This document shows, piece after piece, positions 8,948 through 19,183 of a stretch of 64,000 bases of DNA. Source of the DNA: Clostridia bacterium. Its GTDB lineage: Bacteria > Bacillota > Clostridia > Christensenellales > CAG-917. Within the stretch, counting starts at the first letter, position 1, and each line of letters starts with the position of its first letter. A program made the position numbers and the translations under genes. Under the pieces are notes generated by a model, which was given only the letters and a program-made list of their open reading frames with translations, searched no databases and was not told the origin of the DNA. The DNA lies in contig JAFZMH010000007.1 of the NCBI GenBank assembly GCA_017553325.1, forward strand, positions 32,751 to 96,750, read 5' to 3'.

Positions 8948-10096
8948 TTATTTTTTCAGATTTTCAACGAGTTCCCTTATCTTTTGCGACGGGTCGAGAA
9001 GATTTGAAAGCGACTCGTTGAAGTTTGCCGCCGCGATGATGTAAGAGATGTATTTTGAAAGATCCGCTTCAACAAACCAATCGCACTCTTTAAGCTCGGG
9101 AATACGATAGGTCAAATTCGTTGAAAGTACGGCGTCAAACACGCCCTCTTTGTAGGCTTGATTGAATTTGTCAACGCCTTCGGTAAACAGTGCGAACGTC
9201 GCCGCAAGGAAAACTCTTTGAGCACCCTTCTCCTTGATTTCTCTTGCGAGTTTCAAGATTGAGTCGCCAGTTGCAATCATATCGTCCGCGACGAAAACGT
9301 CCATGCCCATAACGGGACTGCCGATATATTCGTGCGCGACAATCGGGTTTCTGCCGTTCACAATCGTGGAGTAATCGCGACGCTTATAGAACATACCGAG
9401 GTCGAGCCCCAAAACCGACGCGTAGAAAACGTTTCTCGCCATTGCGCCTTCGTCAGGTGAAATAACCATAAGGTTATTTTTGTCAAGGCTGATGTCCGGG
9501 AATTTTCTCACGAGCGATTTGAGAATCTGATAGTGCGCGAAATAGTTGTCGAAGCCCATGAGCGGGACTGCGTTTTGCACTCTTGGGTCGTGCGCGTCGA
9601 AGGTGACGATGTCGCTGACGCCCATCGCTTGAAGCTCTTGAAGCATCATTGCGCAATCGAGAGATTCTCTCGCGTTTCTTCTGTGCTGACGTCCGCCGTA
9701 AAGCATCGGCATAATGACCGTGATGCGATAAGGCTTGCCCGTGCAGGAGCAGATAATTCTCTTGAGGTTTGCAAAATGCTCGTCGGGTGTGAGCGGAATT
9801 TGCTCGCCCATAAGAGTATACTTCACTCCGTGGTTGCCAGGATCGCACACGATGTAGAGGTCCTTGCCCCTCACCGTCTCGTAGATAATGCCCTTCGCGT
9901 CGCCGTTTGTAAATCTCGGGCAGGCGGCGTTCAAAATAAACGTGTCTTTTTGAAGTCTCTTGCCAAGATGCGATTCTTTGTAGAGCGTGATGAGACGTTT
10001 GTCAATAAGTTGTGTAAGTTCTTCCGCTCCCGGGGTAGCGATGAGCGCTATCGGAGCACTTTGAATTTCGCCGAAAACCGAAAAATCAGGTGTCAT
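8948..10096 (-). CDS. prs: Ribose-phosphate pyrophosphokinase family protein (long form)
   Basis: 382 aa. VTFDAHDPRVQN, ISPDEGAMARN, PRPP-binding loop VFVADDMIATGDS. Confidence 0.8.
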   Translation of the reverse strand: MTPDFSVFGEIQSAPIALIATPGAEELTQLIDKRLITLYKESHLGKRLQKDTFILNAACPRFTNGDAKGIIYETVRGKDLYIVCDPGNHGVKYTLMGEQIPLTPDEHFANLKRIICSCTGKPYRITVIMPMLYGGRQHRRNARESLDCAMMLQELQAMGVSDIVTFDAHDPRVQNAVPLMGFDNYFAHYQILKSLVRKFPDISLDKNNLMVISPDEGAMARNVFYASVLGLDLGMFYKRRDYSTIVNGRNPIVAHEYIGSPVMGMDVFVADDMIATGDSILKLAREIKEKGAQRVFLAATFALFTEGVDKFNQAYKEGVFDAVLSTNLTYRIPELKECDWFVEADLSKYISYIIAAANFNESLSNLLDPSQKIRELVENLKK

Positions 10097-10225
10097 TTGT
10101 AGCCTCCCAAATGGTATGTTTTTATTTTAGCAAACATTTTTCAAAAAAACAATCATATTGTTGACAATAAATAAAATATTTATAACGCGCCGCGCGAAAA
10201 ATGGTGAAAACTCTCCTTCAACGAC

Positions 10226-11365
10226 TTATTTGAGTTGCATCACGTCGACCAAAACCGAGTTCATGATCGCAAAGCCTTCGTCCGTCAAACGCACTTTGTC
10301 ACCCTCAATCAAAAAATATCTTTGATATTTTTCAAGCGCGGAGATCGGCAGGAGTTTTTTCTCTATACCGTATGCCGTTCTGAGCCCGAGCATAATTCTT
10401 TCATCCACAATCGCATCATCGTCGAGTTTTTCAACGTTTTCACGCGGAATATCGAAATAATCTTCCGCACCGTTTACGTTTTCAACGTATTTTTCAATCG
10501 AATTTGCGGAAGAATAGCGCACTTCGGCATCGTACGGAGTTTGACCTGACATCTTCAAAAACGTAGACGCGCCCGCGCCGAAACCGAGATACTCCTCTCT
10601 CGTCCAATAGCCGAGATTGTGGCGAGAAATCTTGCCGTCTCTTGCGAAATTGGACACTTCGTACCGAGAAAACCCGTTTTCTCGCAAGGTTTTGACCGCT
10701 GCGTCCATGAGGTCCGCGACTTCGTCGTCGGCAGGAAGAGTGATCTTGCCCTCTTCGACAAGTAAGTCGAGCGGAGTCCCCTCCTCCAAAATAAGCTGAT
10801 AGACGGAGAGATGGTCGACGGCTTCGGCAATTTTTTCGACTTCCTCGCAAACGCGCGCTTTCGTATCATACGGCAAGCCTATCATAAGGTCGCAGGAAAT
10901 ATTGTCGAAATATTTTTTTGCGAGCGCGACAGCATTTTGTGCGGTTTTTGCGTCGTGAATTCTGCCTATCGCTTTCAAATTGTCGTCGAAAAGACTTTGA
11001 ACGCCAATGCTCAACCTGTTTATGCCTGCGCGCTTATAAATCGCAAGTTTCTCTTCCGTCAAACTCTCGGGGTTCGCCTCAATGGTTATCTCCGCGTCGT
11101 CATCAACCGTAAAACTGTTTTTTACGTTTTCAATCAAGGCTTCAATGCAGTTTGCGGGGAGCAAACTCGGAGTCCCGCCCCCGATAAAAACCGACGTGAT
11201 TTTTTTGTTTTTTTCAAGCTTTAAAAACGAGTCGGAAGCAAGTGCAATTTCACGATTTAGTGCGGTTAGATAGCCGAAAATCAACCCGTCGGCGTTTACA
11301 TACGAGTTGAAATCGCAGTATAGACATTTCCTTTTGCAAAATGGAATATGAACGTAAATTTCCAT
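10226..11365 (-). CDS. hemW: Radical SAM heme chaperone HemW (HemN-like)
   Basis: 379 aa. IPFCKRKCLYCDF radical-SAM CxxxCxxC motif. Sits immediately downstream of lepA, as is usual in Firmicutes. Confidence 0.85.
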   Translation of the reverse strand: MEIYVHIPFCKRKCLYCDFNSYVNADGLIFGYLTALNREIALASDSFLKLEKNKKITSVFIGGGTPSLLPANCIEALIENVKNSFTVDDDAEITIEANPESLTEEKLAIYKRAGINRLSIGVQSLFDDNLKAIGRIHDAKTAQNAVALAKKYFDNISCDLMIGLPYDTKARVCEEVEKIAEAVDHLSVYQLILEEGTPLDLLVEEGKITLPADDEVADLMDAAVKTLRENGFSRYEVSNFARDGKISRHNLGYWTREEYLGFGAGASTFLKMSGQTPYDAEVRYSSANSIEKYVENVNGAEDYFDIPRENVEKLDDDAIVDERIMLGLRTAYGIEKKLLPISALEKYQRYFLIEGDKVRLTDEGFAIMNSVLVDVMQLK

Positions 11366-11369
11366 AAAA

Positions 11370-13196
11370 TCAGTTGTTCGTCGGGTCGACTTTGAGAATG
11401 GAGATAAACGCCTCGCTCGGCACCTCTACGTTGCCGACTTTGCGCATACGTTTCTTGCCCTCTTTCTGCTTTTCGAGGAGTTTCTTTTTTCGAGTAATGT
11501 CGCCGCCGTAGCACTTTGCGAGCACGTCCTTTCTAAGCGCTTTTACCGTCTCTCTTGCGATAATCTTGCCGCCCACGGTTGCCTGAATCGGTATTTCGAA
11601 GAGTTGACGCGGAATTGCGTCTTTGAGTTTTTCCGCAATACCTCTGCCCCTCGCGTAGGCGTTGTCCTTGTGCACGATGATCGAGAGCGCGTCGCACATA
11701 TCGCCGTTTATCATCATATCGAGGCGCACGAGGTCGCTCTTTTCAAAACCGTCCATCTCGTAGTCGAGAGAGGCATAGCCTCTCGTTCTCGATTTAAGAC
11801 TGTCGAAAAAGTCGTAAATTATCTCGTTCAAGGGCATTCTGTAGGTGATTTGAACGCGAGTCGGGTCGATATAGGACATATCGACGAATATTCCGCGTTT
11901 GCCTTGACAGAGCTCCATAATCGCGCCGACGTATTCCGGCGGAGTGAAAATGAGCGCTTTGACGATAGGCTCTTCTATACTCGAAATCTCGCTCGGGTTC
12001 GGGAGCGCAGTCGGGTTGTCGATTTCTATCTTCTCCCCGTTCGTCTTTGTCACGATATACGAGACGCTGGGCGCGGTGGTGATAAGGTCGAGGTCGAACT
12101 CTCTCTCAAGTCGCTCCTCGATAATCTCCATGTGCAGGAGCCCCAAAAAGCCGCAACGGAAACCAAAGCCGAGCGCGGTTGAAACCTCCGGCTCAAAACT
12201 CAGCGAGGCGTCGTTGAGTTGGAGTTTTAAAAGCGCTTCTTTGAGGTCTTCGTATCTTGCTCCGTCCGCGGGGAAAACGCCGGTATACACCATAGGAGTT
12301 GCCTTTTTGTAGCCGGGGAGCGCCTCTTTTGCGGGGTTTAAAGCAAGAGTTATCGTGTCGCCGACCGCCGTATCGCTCACGTTCTTTATGCTGGCGGCGA
12401 TATATCCGACTTCGCCTGCCGTAAGCTCCTTCCCCGCGCGCATATTCGGCGAGAAATAACCGACTTCGACGACCTCAAAAGTCTTGCCCGTGGACATCAT
12501 TTTGATTTGGTCGCCCGCTTTTACTCTACCGTCGACAAGGCGTACCATTGAGATTGCGCCTCTGTAATTGTCGTAAAAACTGTCGAAAATGAGGGCTTTC
12601 AGCGGCGCGTCCTCGTCTCCCGACGGCGCTGGAAGTTTGTCTATGATTTGACCGAGCAAATCGTCGATTCCTATGCCTTCCTTTGCGGAAACGAGAGGAC
12701 AACCTTCGGTGTCAAGTCCTATTATGTCCTCAATCTCGAGTTTGACAGCGTCAACGTCCGCAGAAGCAAGGTCTATCTTGTTTATGACGGGAAGTATTTC
12801 CAAGTTGTTTTCAAGCGCGAGATAGACGTTTGAGAGGGTTTGAGCCTCCACGCCCTGCGTCGCGTCTACTACGAGCAGCGCGCCCTCGCAAGCGGCAAGA
12901 GAACGCGAGACTTCGTACGTAAAATCGACGTGCCCCGGCGTATCTATAAGATTGAGCACGTATTCTTCTCCCTTATACTTGTAGTATAATCTGCAAGTTT
13001 GGAGTTTTATCGTGATGCCGCGCTCCTTTTCTATATCCATATTGTCGAGCAACTGTTCGCTCATATCGCGCTCGGAAACGGTCCCCGTCTTTTCGATGAG
13101 TCTGTCCGCAAGCGTCGATTTGCCGTGGTCAATGTGCGCGATTATGGAAAAATTTCTTATATGCTTCTTGCTCACTGTCTTCCTTTCCGTCCCCAT
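11370..13196 (-). CDS. lepA: Translation elongation factor 4 (LepA)
   Basis: [22 protein letters not shown]1 motif, [13 protein letters not shown], LepA C-terminal domain. The track ORF begins at a TTG (13217); I prefer ATG 13196 (MGTERK...), but the start is uncertain. Confidence 0.9.
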   Translation of the reverse strand: MGTERKTVSKKHIRNFSIIAHIDHGKSTLADRLIEKTGTVSERDMSEQLLDNMDIEKERGITIKLQTCRLYYKYKGEEYVLNLIDTPGHVDFTYEVSRSLAACEGALLVVDATQGVEAQTLSNVYLALENNLEILPVINKIDLASADVDAVKLEIEDIIGLDTEGCPLVSAKEGIGIDDLLGQIIDKLPAPSGDEDAPLKALIFDSFYDNYRGAISMVRLVDGRVKAGDQIKMMSTGKTFEVVEVGYFSPNMRAGKELTAGEVGYIAASIKNVSDTAVGDTITLALNPAKEALPGYKKATPMVYTGVFPADGARYEDLKEALLKLQLNDASLSFEPEVSTALGFGFRCGFLGLLHMEIIEERLEREFDLDLITTAPSVSYIVTKTNGEKIEIDNPTALPNPSEISSIEEPIVKALIFTPPEYVGAIMELCQGKRGIFVDMSYIDPTRVQITYRMPLNEIIYDFFDSLKSRTRGYASLDYEMDGFEKSDLVRLDMMINGDMCDALSIIVHKDNAYARGRGIAEKLKDAIPRQLFEIPIQATVGGKIIARETVKALRKDVLAKCYGGDITRKKKLLEKQKEGKKRMRKVGNVEVPSEAFISILKVDPTNN

Positions 13197-13304
13197 TATT
13201 AAAATAATAATGGACAAACGTAAAATATTTTTTGAAAACTATTGACAACATTATACAAAGAATTTAAAATTTTATCAACAATATTAATGATAAAGGGTGA
13301 AAAA

Positions 13305-14168
13305 ATGGATTATCAATGGTTGTTTGACCGTCCCATCGCGCATCGCGGACTTCACAATGAAGAACTTCCCGAAAACAGTATTCCGGCGTTTCAAAACGCT
13401 ATCGACCACGATTTCAATATTGAAATCGACGTCCACCTCACAAAAGACGGACGTCTCGTCGTATTTCACGACGACAATTTGAAACGTATCTGCGGAGTTG
13501 ACAAACTCGTCAAAAACTGCACCTTGGAGGAACTTAAAACCTATCGTTTGAAGGATACGGAAAACCAAATCCCGACCTTTGACGAGTTCCTCGACCTCGT
13601 CAACGACCAAGTGGGTATTCTCTGCGAAATCAAGGGTATCAACCCCTTTAAACACGATATTGCAAGGGCGACAATCGAGCGTCTTAAAACCTACGACGGA
13701 AGAATCGCGCTTCAAGCCTTCAATTTCGGCGACGTCGCCTATGCTAGAAAGCGCACGGAACTCCCCGTCGGCGAACTTTGCACTTGGGTCGCTCTCGACC
13801 TTCACACCTATCGTTGGCTCCCCTGCAACTTTATGGGCAAACTTTGGGTGAACAAATACACGAAGCCCGATTTCATCTCCTACGACGTAAGAGGCACGCT
13901 GACCGATTATACGACTTCGAAAGGCAAGCACAGAACGCACAGAGCCAACGACTATATCGTCAAATGGTCAAAGCGTTTGCCCGTCATCTTTTGGACTGTG
14001 GACAGCGACGAAAACGTCGAACAGGCAAAGCGCTACGCCAGCAACATCATCTTTGAAAAAATCGGCGCGGAAAAGGCGAACGAGGCTTTCAAAGACTTGC
14101 AGCCTTTCACTTGCGAAGAGTCCGCTCTGCCCAAAAACTTCGAGCGAAAAGAACTTAAACCGTTGTGA
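13305..14168 (+). CDS. Glycerophosphodiester phosphodiesterase family protein
   Basis: Start trimmed to ATG 13305 (RBS AAAGGGTGA). IAHRGLHNEELPENSIPAF and IEIDVHLTKDGRLVVFHD GDPD motifs. Confidence 0.8.
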   Translation: MDYQWLFDRPIAHRGLHNEELPENSIPAFQNAIDHDFNIEIDVHLTKDGRLVVFHDDNLKRICGVDKLVKNCTLEELKTYRLKDTENQIPTFDEFLDLVNDQVGILCEIKGINPFKHDIARATIERLKTYDGRIALQAFNFGDVAYARKRTELPVGELCTWVALDLHTYRWLPCNFMGKLWVNKYTKPDFISYDVRGTLTDYTTSKGKHRTHRANDYIVKWSKRLPVIFWTVDSDENVEQAKRYASNIIFEKIGAEKANEAFKDLQPFTCEESALPKNFERKELKPL

Positions 14169-14186
14169 TTTATCCTACATATTTCA

Positions 14187-14216
14187 AAATCCGTCTTATG
14201 ACGGATTTTTCTTTTT
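14187..14216 (+). terminator. Rho-independent terminator of the GDPD gene
   Basis: aaatccgtc-ttat-gacggattt followed by a T-rich tail. Confidence 0.8.
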
Positions 14217-14228
14217 GCCTTTTTTCGT

Positions 14229-14257
14229 TTGCAAAAACAAGGTTTAAATGCTACAAT
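14229..14257 (+). promoter_or_regulatory. Sigma-A-type promoter (TTGCAA-17-TACAAT, TGn-extended -10)
   Basis: TTGCAA 14229-14234, TGCTACAAT 14249-14257. The predicted start site is about 14264, only ~2 nt before ATG 14266. Confidence 0.6.
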
Positions 14258-14265
14258 ATGGCGGT

Positions 14266-14964
14266 ATGAAATCAAGCGCAAACAAAACTCGCAAATTCAG
14301 CCACGAACGCACGAGAAATCTCGTGATTTTTGCCGTTCTCACCGCAATCATAATTCTTATGGCGTTCACTCCCGTCGGCTATCTGCGCGTCGGAGTCATC
14401 GAAATAACCTTTTTGATGATACCAGTGATAATCGGCGCGGCGGTACTCGGTCCTCTCGGCGGGTTGGGACTCGGATTCGTGTTTGGGCTCACGAGTTTCT
14501 TGCAATGCTTCGGCATTTCGGCAGGCGGAACGATGATGTTCAATATGGCTCCCCTGCTCACCACTCTCACCTGCCTGCTCCCGAGAATACTTTTCGGTCT
14601 CGTCTCCGCGTATCTATACAAGTTCTTCAAAAAACTCATCAAAGTCCCCGTCCTCCCCGAAGCGCTCACTATGATACTTTCCGCAGTCCTGCATACGATT
14701 ATGTTCGTACTACTCTTTTACGTCTGCTTCAAAAACGAGGAGTTTTTGCAGCAATACGGCGACACCTTTTTTGCAATCGTTTGGGCGATGGTGGGCATAA
14801 ACGCAATCGTCGAATGGGCGGTCTGCGGAGTGTTCGGAACGGCAATACTCAAAACGCTAGACTATTTCATATCGCAATACGACAAAAAAAGAGCGACCTC
14901 TCAGGTCGATGAAGAAACTCCCGACGGGGAACAAGTCCCTCCGCCCGAGGCCCCAAGTGATTAA
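14266..14964 (+). CDS. Small polytopic membrane protein, ECF-transporter S-component-like (tentative)
   Basis: About 232 aa with 5-6 TM segments. Gly-rich TM2 IPVIIGAAVLGPLGGLGLGFVFGLTSF. Acidic/proline C-tail. ATG 14248 would lie inside the predicted promoter, so ATG 14266 is preferred. Confidence 0.6.
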   Translation: MKSSANKTRKFSHERTRNLVIFAVLTAIIILMAFTPVGYLRVGVIEITFLMIPVIIGAAVLGPLGGLGLGFVFGLTSFLQCFGISAGGTMMFNMAPLLTTLTCLLPRILFGLVSAYLYKFFKKLIKVPVLPEALTMILSAVLHTIMFVLLFYVCFKNEEFLQQYGDTFFAIVWAMVGINAIVEWAVCGVFGTAILKTLDYFISQYDKKRATSQVDEETPDGEQVPPPEAPSD

Positions 14965-14973
14965 GCGTAAAAT

Positions 14974-15002
14974 AAAACCGCACTCGTCGAGTGCGGTTTT
15001 TC
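14974..15002. terminator. Bidirectional rho-independent terminator
   Basis: aaaaccgcactc-gtc-gagtgcggtttt between convergent genes (14964 + / 15017 -). Confidence 0.85.
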
Positions 15003-15016
15003 ATATCGTTTCGATA

Positions 15017-16660
15017 CTATTTTGTTTTTTTCGGTTTTCTCTTGAGCATATTTTTCAAGTTGTCTTTGAAACTTCCCTCTATCGCCTTTATATCAACAAT
15101 TTTTCCGTTTGTGGTAATCGAATAAACGACGTAGACGAAGTAGCCCGTAAGCAACACCGCAATTACGCTGAAAGTGATGAGAAATGCGTCTTTCTCCGCA
15201 AAATTCACGATATTCATGTTCGCATCGTTCGCAAACGCGTCTCCGATGTAAAGGAGTTGCGCGATATTGAGGAAGCCGATAAGCGAATACGCTCCCACCA
15301 CGAAGAACACTCTCTTCTCGCCGCTGACCATTGCGTAGACGAGCGCGAATACGATTGCTAAGAACAGATAAGTCCAATCCGTCTTGAGCGTAAACACGGC
15401 GACAACCGCCAACACGCAGGACACCAAAAGCAATATTTCTTGCCTGTTGCGGTTTTTGAAATACATCGTTGCGCCAAAGATTTCAAGCACGAGTATAAAT
15501 GCCAAATTCAGGTATTTTACGCTCTCGTTCGAGAGAGATTTCAAATTCATTCCGACCATTGCGTACAGGTTGAAGGAATCCGTCACGAAAATTTCGTTCG
15601 TCATAATCTTGCCCGCCATATACTTGAACCCGAAGAACGGGTCGCCCGCTGCCACTTGATTGATTGCAACTGGAAGCGAAAGCAGATAAATGACTACCGC
15701 AAAACCCAAAAGGCCAAAGACGATTTTCGCTCTGTTTGCCGTGAATTTCTTCATGCTCTCGTTGTCGCGGTAATACATATAACCCATATACGTGAGCGCA
15801 ATCGGCATCAAGAGCATCGCCCTGACGTCCAATACCGTGGCGAGCGCAAGCAACAAATAGGTTGTCAAATATTTCTTTTCGACGAGCATTACGACTGCGC
15901 CGAGCATGAGCGCGACGAGTACGCTCTCGAACAAATAGTGAATTCCGCCGAAATACATCGCAATCGGAAGCACGGCGTAGAGCCCTGCAAACAAGGTGGA
16001 AATTCTGTTGCCGACATACTTTTTGCCGTAGAAATAGACGAGAGATACGGTTGCCATATCCGCAAACACGTTGACGAATCTCAAAAGTATAGAGGCAGAT
16101 TTCTCATCAAGTCCCGTCGCGCCGATAATGTTCAAAATGTAGAGTGTGCCGGGAGCAATGTATACCGTGTTCGAATAGTACGCGACGAAATCGGTTATGC
16201 CCTGCTCTTTGAGGACGGACGCTACGTGAAGTATCGAACTCGTGCTGCCCCCTACTCCGTAAGTGGTGAGTATGAGAACGAGTCTTACGAGCACCGTGAC
16301 GAGCAAAAGCCCCGCAAGCACTACGAAGGTATTGCCGAAAAACGAGCCGGAGGAAACGTTCTTCTTGCCGCTCTTTGCGCTTGACGCCTTCTTTTTTGAT
16401 ACGAGCGGTTCCGCTTTATCGTTGGAGGGCGTATTGTCAAAGTTGACGAACACGTTGTTTCTCGCATACATCGTCGCCAGTTTGTAGTAGACAAAACAGA
16501 ATGCAAACACCGTGAATATCGCAAGAATAATCTCAAACGTAAGTCCGCTTGCCGCCGCGGTCAAATCCTGCTCGTTTGTCTTGTCACACGCAACGAAAGC
16601 AAAAAATGCTAGTACGACGACTAGCATTGTTGCGCAGATTAAAAGTAATCTTTTTTTCAT
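15017..16660 (-). CDS. Large polytopic membrane protein, possibly a GT-C-type glycosyltransferase (function tentative)
   Basis: 547 aa with more than 10 predicted TM helices, a lipobox-like FVAC near the N-terminus and a lysine-rich C-tail. The functional guess rests on overall topology only. Confidence 0.55.
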   Translation of the reverse strand: MKKRLLLICATMLVVVLAFFAFVACDKTNEQDLTAAASGLTFEIILAIFTVFAFCFVYYKLATMYARNNVFVNFDNTPSNDKAEPLVSKKKASSAKSGKKNVSSGSFFGNTFVVLAGLLLVTVLVRLVLILTTYGVGGSTSSILHVASVLKEQGITDFVAYYSNTVYIAPGTLYILNIIGATGLDEKSASILLRFVNVFADMATVSLVYFYGKKYVGNRISTLFAGLYAVLPIAMYFGGIHYLFESVLVALMLGAVVMLVEKKYLTTYLLLALATVLDVRAMLLMPIALTYMGYMYYRDNESMKKFTANRAKIVFGLLGFAVVIYLLSLPVAINQVAAGDPFFGFKYMAGKIMTNEIFVTDSFNLYAMVGMNLKSLSNESVKYLNLAFILVLEIFGATMYFKNRNRQEILLLVSCVLAVVAVFTLKTDWTYLFLAIVFALVYAMVSGEKRVFFVVGAYSLIGFLNIAQLLYIGDAFANDANMNIVNFAEKDAFLITFSVIAVLLTGYFVYVVYSITTNGKIVDIKAIEGSFKDNLKNMLKRKPKKTK

Positions 16661-16665
16661 AGTTT

Positions 16666-17007
16666 TCAGTTGGTTTCTTTGAGCTTTGCAGCTTTACCGG
16701 TTCTGTTCTTGAGATAGTAAAGTTTTGCTCTGCGCACTTTGCCGTGACGAACGACTTGGATGCTGTCGATCTTCGGCGAGTGAATCGGGAAAGTTCTTTC
16801 GACGCCTACGCCGAACGTCACTCTGCGGACGACGATTGTTTCTCTGATACCGCCGTTCTTCTTTGCGATGATGACGCCTTCGTAAGTTTGAATACGCTCT
16901 CTCGTGCCTTCGATAACCTTGACGTTAACTTTGACTTGGTCACCGATTTTGAGTTCCGGAAGGTCTTGCTTCATACCTTCTTGTTCCAATGTGTCGATAA
17001 TGTTCAT
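16666..17007 (-). CDS. rplS: 50S ribosomal protein L19
   Basis: 113 aa. [32 protein letters not shown]...[29 protein letters not shown]. Confidence 0.97.
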   Translation of the reverse strand: MNIIDTLEQEGMKQDLPELKIGDQVKVNVKVIEGTRERIQTYEGVIIAKKNGGIRETIVVRRVTFGVGVERTFPIHSPKIDSIQVVRHGKVRRAKLYYLKNRTGKAAKLKETN

Positions 17008-17086
17008 ACTGACTTCCTCCTATATTAACGAAATGTTCGTACACAAGTTTCTCTTGCCAGCGGAACACCCGAGTCATGCGTGAGTT

Positions 17087-17115
17087 ATAATATCATATAT
17101 TTTTTTTATTTTCAA
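17087..17115 (-). promoter_or_regulatory. rplS promoter (TTGAAA-17-TATTAT) with ~70-nt leader
   Basis: On the minus strand, TTGAAA is at 17115-17110 and TATTAT at 17092-17087. The leader 17080-17008 could hold an L19-type autoregulatory structure, but I could not verify it. Confidence 0.55.
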
Positions 17116-17199
17116 CCAAAATAACATAATTTTTGGCCGAATTTTCGATTTTTCAAGGTTTATTTTGCAAAATTGACGAAAACCTGAAGATTTTGCTCG

Positions 17200-17667
17200 T
17201 CAACGCTGTCTTGGATATTTTGCGTCGTTTGACGAAAAGGCGTTTTCAATATGATTGATTTTGCCGTCCTCAACGGTTATTACGTCAAACCTTATGGGAG
17301 TATTCTGCTCTCCGTATTTGACGATATAACTCTTTGCAGCGATCAAATATCTTCCCTTTTTGTAGTCGTCGACAGCCTCTTCCGGCGCGCCGTGCTCCTC
17401 GTTTTCGCGGGTTTTGACCTCGACGAAGACAAGCGTTCTTTCACCTTGTTTTTTGACTTCATTCTTGCAAAAAAACGCTTTGATTTTGTCAAAAAAACTG
17501 CGTTTTTGAGGTATTAGATTGCCGAATTTGTCAAAATACGCCTCGGCGACTATATCAACCTCGCAACTTGTGAGTTTCAAGTTGCGCGCAAGAACGGTAT
17601 AGCCTTTTTCTTGCAGATATTCGCAAGCAAGTTGCTCGCCTATGTCTCCCCTTGCCTTGGTGTTCAT
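17200..17667 (-). CDS. yraN: YraN family (UPF0102) endonuclease-like protein
   Basis: True start is ATG 17667, overlapping the rnhB stop (ATGA). GDIGEQLACEYLQEKGYTVLARNLK...EVDIVA...LVFVEVKTR. The 105 upstream codons of the track ORF are an out-of-frame overlap with rnhB. Confidence 0.8.
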   Translation of the reverse strand: MNTKARGDIGEQLACEYLQEKGYTVLARNLKLTSCEVDIVAEAYFDKFGNLIPQKRSFFDKIKAFFCKNEVKKQGERTLVFVEVKTRENEEHGAPEEAVDDYKKGRYLIAAKSYIVKYGEQNTPIRFDVITVEDGKINHIENAFSSNDAKYPRQR

Positions 17668-18278
17668 CTTGTGCCCAGTATGCCGCCGATAAAAGATTTT
17701 CTGTGAATCGGCGTCGGTCCGATTTCTTTCAGAGCCGCGATATGCTTTGCAGTGCCGTATCCCATATTGTGCTCGAAATCGTATTCGGGATAGACTTTTG
17801 CCATCTCCGTCATATATCTGTCTCTCGTCACTTTTGCGACTATGGACGCCGCGCCTATCGAATAGCTGATTGCGTCTCCGTGAATAATGCCCATCGTGGG
17901 ATAAGGAATGTCGAGTTTGAGAGCGTCGACAAGTACGACGTCCGGTTTGACCGTGAGTGACATAATCGCGTCTCTCATACACGCTTTAGTCGCGTTCAAG
18001 ATGTTCATCTCGTCAATCTGCACGGGCGTATACGAAACGGTTGATACGGCGATTGCCTTTGCGAGAATTTCGTCGTAGAGTTTTTCCCTCTTGCCTTTCG
18101 ACACTTTTTTGGAGTCGTTGACGCCGACGATTAGATCGTCGAGGCTCATAATTACCGCCGTACAAGTGACGGGACCCGCAAGCGGGCCTCTGCCCACCTC
18201 GTCTATTCCGCAGATGAGTTTGTAGCCCTTTGCAAGGAGTTCGTTTTCGTATTTCATCAGTTCTTCGGGACGAACCAT
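17664..18278 (-). CDS. rnhB: Ribonuclease HII
   Basis: 204 aa. GIDEVGRGPLAGPV catalytic motif, DSKK. Confidence 0.92.
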   Translation of the reverse strand: MVRPEELMKYENELLAKGYKLICGIDEVGRGPLAGPVTCTAVIMSLDDLIVGVNDSKKVSKGKREKLYDEILAKAIAVSTVSYTPVQIDEMNILNATKACMRDAIMSLTVKPDVVLVDALKLDIPYPTMGIIHGDAISYSIGAASIVAKVTRDRYMTEMAKVYPEYDFEHNMGYGTAKHIAALKEIGPTPIHRKSFIGGILGTR

Positions 18279-18321
18279 ATTTTCACCTTTGTACAGTTTT
18301 TATAACTCAGTTATAAACAAG

Positions 18322-19161
18322 TCATTCGGCGGGTTTTTCAAGCATTATTTTGCCGAGTTTGCCCTTCCTGAATTCGTCGATAATCATCTTCGCCGTGCGC
18401 GTATAATCAATTTGATTTCCCTTCATCTTAAACCCACGCGAAAGTGCTATTGCGTCGAAGATTTCCAAGGTATTTTCCGACAATTCTTCAAGCCCATAGC
18501 GGTCTTTGAGATTGTTCGGATACTTCACTTTTATTTCGTCGAGAAAATCGTAGCAAAGGTCGCCCTCGTCCAAAATGTCGTCCCTTATCGAGCCGATATA
18601 TGCGAGGTGATGAGCGACTGTTTGGTCTTCAAACTTGCCCCAAAGCGTGCCCGGCGTGTCCAAAAAGTCCACGTTGTCGACGGAGAGCCACTGCTTTCCG
18701 CGAGTGACGCCCGGTCTGTCCCCCGTCACGGCTTTCGCCTTCTTTATCATAGAGTTTATGATTGTGGACTTTCCGCTGTTCGGGACGCCGACGACCATAG
18801 CGCGGACGGAGACGTTCGCCCCCTTCTTCGCGTATTTTTGGATCTTGTCGGCGACGACCTCTTTGAGCCCCGCGACGATTTGAGAGCAATCCCCCGACGT
18901 GCCTATCGCCTTTACGAAAGGTTTTCCCTCATCTTTAAAGCGTTTGCACCATTTGTCGAGGTCGTTTTTATCGACTAAGTCGCATTTGTTGAACACGTAC
19001 AGAACTTTTTTGCCTGCAAGCAGTTTGTCAAATAGCGGGTTATTGCATGAAAAAACCGCTCTCGCGTCTATGACGTATATGAGAGCGTCCACCAAGCGGA
19101 GATTGTCTTCCATCATCCGTATGGCTTTCGTCATATGTCCGGGAAACCATTGTATGTTCAT
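18322..19161 (-). CDS. rbgA: Ribosome biogenesis GTPase A (YlqF/RbgA)
   Basis: 279 aa. MNIQWFPGHMTKA, circularly permuted GTPase (NKCDL before GVPNSGKST, DTPG). Confidence 0.92.
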   Translation of the reverse strand: MNIQWFPGHMTKAIRMMEDNLRLVDALIYVIDARAVFSCNNPLFDKLLAGKKVLYVFNKCDLVDKNDLDKWCKRFKDEGKPFVKAIGTSGDCSQIVAGLKEVVADKIQKYAKKGANVSVRAMVVGVPNSGKSTIINSMIKKAKAVTGDRPGVTRGKQWLSVDNVDFLDTPGTLWGKFEDQTVAHHLAYIGSIRDDILDEGDLCYDFLDEIKVKYPNNLKDRYGLEELSENTLEIFDAIALSRGFKMKGNQIDYTRTAKMIIDEFRKGKLGKIMLEKPAE

Positions 19162-19183
19162 AAACCCGCCTTAAAAAATAAAA

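Noticed and set aside
14229-14912. 227-aa ORF overlapping the membrane-protein gene in another frame.
   Set aside because: It is Arg/Ser/His-rich low-complexity sequence, whereas the alternative frame gives a coherent multi-TM protein.
17668-17982. N-terminal 105 codons of track ORF 17200..17982.
   Set aside because: They overlap rnhB out of frame. The conserved YraN sequence begins at ATG 17667, which forms an ATGA overlap with the rnhB stop.
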